From a virus, in the IMG/VR virus record IMGVR_UViG_3300034013_000240, positions 3,414 through 67,413 of that record: a stretch of 64,000 nucleotides of DNA; one strand, given 5' to 3'. Below the pieces are notes generated by a model. The model was not told the origin of the DNA. It made no database searches and saw only the letters and a program-made list of their open reading frames with translations. Below are positions 57,604-64,000 of this stretch, one piece after another. How positions within the stretch are numbered: position 1 is the stretch's first letter; each line of letters opens with the position of its first letter. The position numbers were made by a program, and so were the translations under genes.

Positions 57604-59199
57604 TTAAGATTTGAATTTGTTTTTAATTATGTGAACATGTTGAGCTTTACCATTTGGATATATAACTACATTAGAATGCAACCAAGAACTAGCTCCTTTA
57701 TTATAACCCACCCTAAGATGAGTTAGTGTTCCTACGGATAAATGACCGTCCTCTCTGCATGGTTGATGTGTATGCCCAGTAATATTCTTGGTATTTAAGT
57801 TTTTAAACTGGATAACACCACCTCTACTTCCGTTAGACCCGATATGTCCATGTATAGCACATTCAAAACCAGAGATAGTAAGGCTATCATTTATACCTAG
57901 ACAATGAACATTTTTTACCATCCTGGCATTAAGGTATGCCGGTATAACACCTCTCTTGTCTTTTGATTCAATCATTAGATTAACTAACTTTATATAAGCC
58001 TCTCTATTTGGTGATTTTCTCCAATCAACATCATTCATCCATCTATCTAAAAACTCGTCGTGATTACTTCTTACCATAACGAAGTTGTAATCATTATACT
58101 CGTTAAAGAAATCAACCATCTGAGATAACTCTTTTATTAAGTTATCAGAACCATCTTTCTCTCTCTCTAAAAGTATCAATGGATTTGCTCTCTCGTGATG
58201 AGAAATACTGTGACCATTGAAAACATCATGCACTATAATCTCCTTTGTTTTCACTAAATCAGCTAATTCAAAAGATACCTTTAACACATCTTCGTTTGTC
58301 TCTCCAAGATGTAAATCTCCAAATACAATAGCTTCAGCTCCGTTATGATTGTGAACACTACCTTCATCAACAAATAAATTCAAGTCGTAAAACGATCCAT
58401 TGTTATCAGCTTGAACTTGTCTAACGTGAAACACATCACCATCTAACTCTACTAAAACAAATCCTAGTGTATGATGAAACTCTCCTTTTTTACCAGCTTT
58501 CGTGTCTGTATAGTTATTGACTGTTACTGCTCCAGTTGTTAATAGTAATTTGTTTGGATAACCATCTAATACCGGTAGGGATTTTAAATGTACTCTAGGA
58601 TGTCCTATAATACAGCTCTCAAGACCAGTTAACCCATTGAACCCTGATAACGGAGTCGAAGCTGTTGGTTGAATCCTAACGTCTGAAACCACACATAAAT
58701 ATTCGTGAATATTGTGTCTGTTTGCATCTAAGTAAGGAATCACTCTTTTGTGCCAAGATAATGTTTTATTATCCTCTTTATCTTTCATGCTTCTACTAGA
58801 ATGCAATGATGTTGGATTTCTATACCTACCTGCCGTTATTAATATTTCGGCATCAAGGTATTTTGAATAAGCCTCTATATTATTTAAAAACCCATGATGA
58901 ACCTCAGTTTCTGATTGAGCCCAAGAGATGATAAATCTTTTCTTGGTTTTATCGAACTGCTTAATCATAGCGTTTTTAAATTCATCAGACTCTTCTAAAT
59001 TACATCCAGCTACATTGTTAGTTATAGCTCTCTTGTGTAACATCTTAGATACTGTTCTTCTTGATGTGTCAGAGTATGTATATCCAAACTCTTCACATAT
59101 TTTTTTAGTGCTTGATGTGATATTCTCACCTTCATCAAGCAAAGTTTTTACTTTAAGTATAAAATCTTTATTATACTTCTTGTCTTTTTTAAATTTCAT
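57604..59199 (-). CDS. large phage metallophosphoesterase-domain protein
   Basis: GDLH, HD, SNHDEF, HGH.G, GHTH motifs; 12-mer copy at 58345-58356. Confidence 0.75.
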   Translation of the reverse strand: MKFKKDKKYNKDFILKVKTLLDEGENITSSTKKICEEFGYTYSDTSRRTVSKMLHKRAITNNVAGCNLEESDEFKNAMIKQFDKTKKRFIISWAQSETEVHHGFLNNIEAYSKYLDAEILITAGRYRNPTSLHSSRSMKDKEDNKTLSWHKRVIPYLDANRHNIHEYLCVVSDVRIQPTASTPLSGFNGLTGLESCIIGHPRVHLKSLPVLDGYPNKLLLTTGAVTVNNYTDTKAGKKGEFHHTLGFVLVELDGDVFHVRQVQADNNGSFYDLNLFVDEGSVHNHNGAEAIVFGDLHLGETNEDVLKVSFELADLVKTKEIIVHDVFNGHSISHHERANPLILLEREKDGSDNLIKELSQMVDFFNEYNDYNFVMVRSNHDEFLDRWMNDVDWRKSPNREAYIKLVNLMIESKDKRGVIPAYLNARMVKNVHCLGINDSLTISGFECAIHGHIGSNGSRGGVIQFKNLNTKNITGHTHQPCREDGHLSVGTLTHLRVGYNKGASSWLHSNVVIYPNGKAQHVHIIKNKFKS

Positions 59200-59353
59200 A
59201 GTCTTTAGCTATTGAACTTAATAATTGAATTAGTTCGTTTATAGACGATACTAATTCCTCACTACTCTCCTCGAAGAAACCTTCGTAAATCTTGTCCGTT
59301 AAGTCATTGATTTGTTTTATTGTGTGATTAATAAATTGATTTTTGGTACTCAT
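59189..59353 (-). CDS. small hypothetical protein (MSTKNQFINHTIKQ…, 54 aa; not in the ORF track)
   Basis: Manual translation; TACATTTG promoter at 59370-59377. Confidence 0.6.
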   Translation of the reverse strand: MSTKNQFINHTIKQINDLTDKIYEGFFEESSEELVSSINELIQLLSSIAKDYEI

Positions 59354-59408
59354 GTCTTAATTTTTTTTACAAATGTATAAACATTTATGTTAAAAACATG
59401 TTTTTTTA

Positions 59409-60266
59409 TTATTTATTTTTCATTTTTGAGAATATATATGTTATTACAGATACTGTCCATCCATTTCCAAGAGCTTTATATCTCTGAGTATCACTCACTC
59501 CTTCGGTGTAATTATCAGGGAAAGTTTGCAGTCTCTCACATTCTATTGGTGTTAATTTTCTTGATAACTCTTTTACAACGCCATAAGGAACTCCTTTATA
59601 CATATTGGCAGTTAAACAAGCTGCCTTTCCATTTAATGGGTTTTTGTGATATTCCCATCTAGGTTTTCCGTTACGAAGCCTACCCATATAATCTACACCT
59701 TTTTTTGTTAGATAATATTTATTTTTGACTTCATTCTCTTCTATTATATCAGAAAGTAAAATATTTTCATCACTAGGTAAATCTAATTTTTCTATATTAG
59801 TCCAATAAAGTCTAGGTCTATTTTGTGCCGAAACCAAAGATGAATTAATAAGCATTGGAGGCACACTTAGAAACTTAGATATTACGTCTTGGTATTCTTG
59901 TTTCATTCTAACGTTCTCTAGTACAAATTTAACATTAGGGTTTAATACTTTTATGTGATTTAATATATTTACATAATCAAAGAACAACTTACTTCTAGGG
60001 TCATCAAAGTTTAATTGTTTTCCTGCAAAGCTAAATCCCTGACAAGGACTTCCTCCTATAACCAAATCTATAGTAGAGAAATCTATATCCCACTTATTCC
60101 AATCAGTAATACTTCCTAGTTGATTTGTATTTGGAAAGTTTTTATTTGTAATATGTATAGCATACCTATCTATCTCACTAGCATAATAATTATTCACATT
60201 AATTCCAGATCGTTCTAGAGCTAATTGACCTGCTGATATTCCATCAAACAAACTTAATACATTCAT
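59409..60266 (-). CDS. DNA (cytosine-5)-methyltransferase, orphan
   Basis: LSLFDG, GGSPCQGFS, ENV, QNRPRLYW, ECERLQTFP…YKALGNGW. Confidence 0.92.
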   Translation of the reverse strand: MNVLSLFDGISAGQLALERSGINVNNYYASEIDRYAIHITNKNFPNTNQLGSITDWNKWDIDFSTIDLVIGGSPCQGFSFAGKQLNFDDPRSKLFFDYVNILNHIKVLNPNVKFVLENVRMKQEYQDVISKFLSVPPMLINSSLVSAQNRPRLYWTNIEKLDLPSDENILLSDIIEENEVKNKYYLTKKGVDYMGRLRNGKPRWEYHKNPLNGKAACLTANMYKGVPYGVVKELSRKLTPIECERLQTFPDNYTEGVSDTQRYKALGNGWTVSVITYIFSKMKNK

Positions 60267-60550
60267 ATTTTATTTTTATTAACTGTTAATTTATAATACT
60301 CAAAACACTTTTTCATAGCATCATATTCATTTAATACCACTCTGTTTTTAGGAGTATCTTTTTCCTCTAAATCTATCCTCATATAATTTATTGACTTATA
60401 ATTTGACGGTTTGTATCTTACAACCCAAAAATATCCAATCATATTAGTTACTTGCTGAATGTAATAAACAATGTCTTTTTCTAGACATTTCTTATAAGCA
60501 TCTAACTCTTCTTGGTTGGGGGTATAGCTTTTTGATTTTGCTTTAGCCAT
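60263..60550 (-). CDS. hypothetical protein
   Basis: 95-aa coupled ORF. Confidence 0.65.
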   Translation of the reverse strand: MAKAKSKSYTPNQEELDAYKKCLEKDIVYYIQQVTNMIGYFWVVRYKPSNYKSINYMRIDLEEKDTPKNRVVLNEYDAMKKCFEYYKLTVNKNKI

Positions 60551-60777
60551 TAACTCATAGATGTTTCTTCAAATTCAACTTCGTAACCAAGTTTTTTTAA
60601 TACAGCGTGTAAGCCTGTTTCTAAATCTTCTCCTAAATATCCATTATCGTGTATTTCAGGATTTGGGTGTTCTAATATTTCACCGTTAAGATATAAATTT
60701 GTGCCATAAAGATCACAACATTTGTCACCACACTGATAGTGCCAGCTCTCTAGTTTTATCTTTAATTTTTTACTCAT
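60550..60777 (-). CDS. hypothetical protein (CGDKCC motif)
   Basis: 75-aa coupled ORF. Confidence 0.65.
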   Translation of the reverse strand: MSKKLKIKLESWHYQCGDKCCDLYGTNLYLNGEILEHPNPEIHDNGYLGEDLETGLHAVLKKLGYEVEFEETSMS

Positions 60778-61043
60778 AGTTTTTCGATTTCTTGTTTAAC
60801 TTCTTGCAAATATTTATTATAACCATCTGTATTTAATGGATTTTCTTTAGCAAACTCAATCGCTATTAATGCACATCGTTTAGCATTGTAAAGTATAGAA
60901 AATCTCATCATAGCTACAAATCTTGAACCTGTGTATTCTATTTTTCTAATGTCAAATTCATTTATTGTATTTTGGTCAAGGGATTGTTGTGAGTGTTCTT
61001 TAAATTCATCAACTAACTCTTTTGCTTTTTCTTTTGCTGTCAT
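60774..61043 (-). CDS. hypothetical phage protein (MTAKEKAKELV…AK.CALIA…EVKQEIEKL)
   Basis: 89-aa coupled ORF. Confidence 0.7.
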   Translation of the reverse strand: MTAKEKAKELVDEFKEHSQQSLDQNTINEFDIRKIEYTGSRFVAMMRFSILYNAKRCALIAIEFAKENPLNTDGYNKYLQEVKQEIEKL

Positions 61044-61065
61044 AACTTAGTATTTAAAATTCTCT

Positions 61066-61425
61066 CTATTTATTTAAACCACCACTATTAAAGTGAACTT
61101 CTTTATCTATTTGCTCATGGTATTTTTGAATTTTTTTATCTACATACCCATCTTTTAGTCTCATGTAGTTCCTGGCTCTTTCTTTAGCTTCACTAGAAAT
61201 ATCTACTTGTATTTTCATTTTCGGGCAACTCATTTTATGAACCCCCTTACTTTGTTTACAGTACTTACATACTCCATTATCCCAAAACATGTCACAATTC
61301 TGAGCATCATCTTCTCTGTTAGACGCCCCATAGGATTGATAAAACCTTGAGGGTGTTGCTGTAAATCTGTAACACAATTCTTTTGACGGACATTTATCGT
61401 CCTTGCACATGCTTATATCTGCCAT
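61066..61425 (-). CDS. Cys-rich hypothetical protein
   Basis: DISMC…CP….CYRF…C; CKYC…HKMSCP. Confidence 0.7.
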   Translation of the reverse strand: MADISMCKDDKCPSKELCYRFTATPSRFYQSYGASNREDDAQNCDMFWDNGVCKYCKQSKGVHKMSCPKMKIQVDISSEAKERARNYMRLKDGYVDKKIQKYHEQIDKEVHFNSGGLNK

Positions 61426-61427
61426 AA

Positions 61428-63194
61428 TTAAAAAGGAATATTATCGAACGCATCCGACGGATTAATAGTTATAATTGGTTTTTCAAACTCTACGAACTCT
61501 TTATCTAATTTTATTGACAAAGAATTGCTCCCTACTATAAAAGGTAAACCAGTTTCTTTATCTACATCGTAATCAAAACTCTCTATTGGAAACCCTCTAG
61601 TTTGAGTAAAGTTTGCCGTTATTGTATCGTCATTATTTACTATAGAACAAACACTCTCTGCTTTTTTATATACAGAAGAACCCATGTGACCTACAGCTTT
61701 CATTGTTCCGTAATTAGAGTGAAGAATAGTGGTCAAGTGAAATTGCTTATCATCTGTCCACTTCATTATCTTTTGTACCACTTTCTGACTTTCCTTTAAA
61801 TCATTAAAGTCGTCAACTAAATCAGCCATACCATCTATACTAACGAAACCAATGTTATCCCTCATATCGCTTTCGTATATAAGCCACTCTATAAACTCTA
61901 ATCTTTGCTTAGGCTCATACGGTCTTAAAGCAAATGGTCTATAAAACTCGTGGTTTTCAACACCAACCATTCTAACCACCCTTTTAAATACGTTCTGAGC
62001 ATGGTAGGTACTCTGCTCGGTATCTATATCTATAACAAAGCAATCCCTCTCTCTGTGGCTTCTTATATTACCTGCATATTGATTAGCATTGCCTCCAATA
62101 TATGATGCTATCATCATTGATTTAAGAAACGTCTTCTTTGATTTAGATGGACCAACTATACAAGAAAAATTACCGTATGTTGCAAATGGTATCTTATGAA
62201 CCTTGCTACCCATAGTGTATTCCCCTATACTTAAAGCTATTGGAGGTCTCTCTATTTTCTTTGTTACATCAACAAAAGAGCTATCGTATATATTTTGAAA
62301 GTTTATATTTACTTTTTTCTCGGTAGCAACTGATGAAGGGGCGTACCCATCAAACTGCATGTCCTCTTTGAATTGCTTAGTGTTGAATAAGTGAGATTTT
62401 CTATACGCACTCTCTACGCAATTCCTTATCTCTTCTTCATCAAATCCATGATGAGCAAATTGAGACATATACCCTTTAGCTTCTATTTCAGGAATACCAA
62501 ATTCATTGAACGCCATAGATAAGATGTAAACATTTCTGTTTCTCTCTCCCTCTACTAATCCGTATCTCTCACTCCACCATTTAGTAAGACCAGTTATTAT
62601 CCTAGAGCTATCAAATACATCCACTTTGAACTCTTTTACTACGGATTCTTTTGGTTTGGCTTTATCTTTAAACTCTACACTTTGTTCGTTAATGAATATA
62701 TTAGGGTCAGAACTCATGTAGCATATCCTACTTTCATTCACGCAACTCTCGTCGAAGTATGGTGAATTATAGTACTCTTTAATGCCATTGAAGTGTGCTC
62801 TATGGTTTTCTTTATCTTTTGGTATCTTAACTATAACCTTTAATCCATCTCCACTAGGAGAGGTAAATACTGAATACGTGTATTTATCCTTCGTTAAGTA
62901 ATCCTTTGAAAACATAAGAACTTCATCGTTCTCAAATCCATCAAAGTCAAGACAGATGAAACCACTATGATTAACCATAGACGCATCACTTCTCTCTGTA
63001 AACTCACCTGAGAACAATACACAAGGAAGTCTTTTCTTTATCTGATTTCTAGCTGACTTGTCTTTCTCTGAACGAACAAGACTTACTAGATTAGATATGC
63101 TTTCCTCTTTAATCTTCTGCAATACGTAAGATATATCTACGTATTTAGGTTGCTTGAGGTGATACAAGTCTTTAAATATGGTTACATTACTCAT
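61428..63194 (-). CDS. primase-helicase (BT4734/VirE-N-like AEP domain + PriCT + P-loop helicase)
   Basis: 'KKRLP…SG.F…SGFICLDFD…F.SPSGDGLK'; 'GERN' PriCT; Walker A GPSKSKKT; IDIDTEQ; IDG.AD; H.N. Confidence 0.85.
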   Translation of the reverse strand: MSNVTIFKDLYHLKQPKYVDISYVLQKIKEESISNLVSLVRSEKDKSARNQIKKRLPCVLFSGEFTERSDASMVNHSGFICLDFDGFENDEVLMFSKDYLTKDKYTYSVFTSPSGDGLKVIVKIPKDKENHRAHFNGIKEYYNSPYFDESCVNESRICYMSSDPNIFINEQSVEFKDKAKPKESVVKEFKVDVFDSSRIITGLTKWWSERYGLVEGERNRNVYILSMAFNEFGIPEIEAKGYMSQFAHHGFDEEEIRNCVESAYRKSHLFNTKQFKEDMQFDGYAPSSVATEKKVNINFQNIYDSSFVDVTKKIERPPIALSIGEYTMGSKVHKIPFATYGNFSCIVGPSKSKKTFLKSMMIASYIGGNANQYAGNIRSHRERDCFVIDIDTEQSTYHAQNVFKRVVRMVGVENHEFYRPFALRPYEPKQRLEFIEWLIYESDMRDNIGFVSIDGMADLVDDFNDLKESQKVVQKIMKWTDDKQFHLTTILHSNYGTMKAVGHMGSSVYKKAESVCSIVNNDDTITANFTQTRGFPIESFDYDVDKETGLPFIVGSNSLSIKLDKEFVEFEKPIITINPSDAFDNIPF

Positions 63195-63195
63195 T

Positions 63196-63426
63196 TTATA
63201 CTACTTTATGATATATAGGGTATCTGTTTTTTGATTTTAAATTATCTTTATATCTTTTTATTGAATTATTAGCATCTTCCATTGATGAGTGGTGTGAAAA
63301 AGAGTTTTCACCAATCCAAGTATAAATGTCTGATGTACGATCAATAGAATACCAAGAACTAAAAAAATTAGCCTTGCATTGTGGTATGAAGATATTATTT
63401 TTTATTTGTTTTATTCTGAATCTCAT
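63196..63426 (-). CDS. hypothetical protein
   Basis: 76-aa ORF in the operon. Confidence 0.65.
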   Translation of the reverse strand: MRFRIKQIKNNIFIPQCKANFFSSWYSIDRTSDIYTWIGENSFSHHSSMEDANNSIKRYKDNLKSKNRYPIYHKVV

Positions 63427-63436
63427 GTATGATTTT

Positions 63437-64000
63437 TTAAAGGTTGAAAGATTCTATAGTGTGTTTAAAAGGATTTCCCTCTATATTTTTTACGAGGTCT
63501 AGCATGTTTCTCGCAATTTCTCGAACCTCAACTTGACTATGCTCAGAATTTCTTAGTCCCTGAAAGTGAGCGAAGCTTCTCCAATTGAATGATACATCCA
63601 TAGTAATCTGACTATTCATTGTCTTGAAAAACCTAGCTGACTCTTTAGCTCTTTTTCTACCAAGAATAGGGGTGAGTTCTTCTAGACATTTATGATATAA
63701 CCCATTAGAAGCTGTTGAATGTGCTTTTATCACATCTGTCCAATATGTTAATATTCCATTTTCTGTAGAAGATTCATGACCCATTTCCCAATCTTCTGGA
63801 ATATATGTCTTATCTTCTTTCAGTTCTTTATATCTAGCACTCTCTCCATTTATACTTACACCGATACGATGTTTAAGTAGATGAATATGTGTAGCTTGGT
63901 CAACAGTCACTAAGAAATGTAACTGACTTTTCTCGAAAGGTGTGTGATGACCATCTGAAGCAAGCATTTTTAATAGCTTAGGTATCCTCTCGATTTTTTC
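63437..64000 (-). CDS. thyX: flavin-dependent thymidylate synthase (5' end probably outside the window)
   Basis: 'H.TPFE', 'HLLKHRIGVSINGESARY' (RHRx7S variant), 'KESARF', 'NWRSF.HF..LR….SQ.E.R'. Confidence 0.9.
   Translation of the reverse strand, partial: EKIERIPKLLKMLASDGHHTPFEKSQLHFLVTVDQATHIHLLKHRIGVSINGESARYKELKEDKTYIPEDWEMGHESSTENGILTYWTDVIKAHSTASNGLYHKCLEELTPILGRKRAKESARFFKTMNSQITMDVSFNWRSFAHFQGLRNSEHSQVEVREIARNMLDLVKNIEGNPFKHTIESFNL

Noticed and set aside
57626-57636. ATTATGTGAAC and other TGTGAAC partial matches (e.g. 54031, 53712) as 12-mer copies
   Set aside because: Only a 7-nt core matches, which is expected by chance.
1-64000. Alternative genetic code (TAG/TGA recoding as in some crAss-like phages)
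   Set aside because: Long conserved genes are intact and densely packed under the standard code. TAG and TGA act as true stops, and no suppressor tRNA was seen.

Overview
A 64-kb, AT-rich segment of a tailed dsDNA phage genome. It is most likely a podovirus-like phage of Bacteroidota (Flavobacteriia), with a crAss/Cellulophaga-phage-like virion module. The host assignment rests on many TAnnTTTG (-7) promoter elements. Layout: (1) 1-10.8 kb, a minus-strand accessory/early arm with an ERF recombinase, an HNH nuclease, a tandem array of modular 'KQETLEE' mini-genes, an M28/M20-like peptidase and structured intergenic elements. (2) 10.8-11.7 kb, an AT-rich divergence region. (3) 11.7-52.7 kb, a plus-strand arm with GroEL/GroES, head fibre, holin-endolysin-spanin, tail fibres, TerL, portal, scaffold, major capsid, ring/muzzle proteins and three ejection/cargo proteins. 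(4) 52.7-64 kb, a minus-strand metabolism/replication arm with a three-gene RNA repair cluster, NTP pyrophosphatases, a C5 DNA methyltransferase, primase-helicase and ThyX. The most unusual signals are: a strand-polarised 12-mer (ATGATTGTGAAC, 7 exact and 2 near copies); a tRNA-like mini-RNA (acceptor stem plus T-arm) whose single-stranded linker is this same 12-mer; two inverted copies, 33.5 kb apart, of a repeat/hairpin element with swapped stem arms; and a cassette-like array of genes built from conserved and variable blocks. All product calls come from motif recognition by eye, not from database searches.
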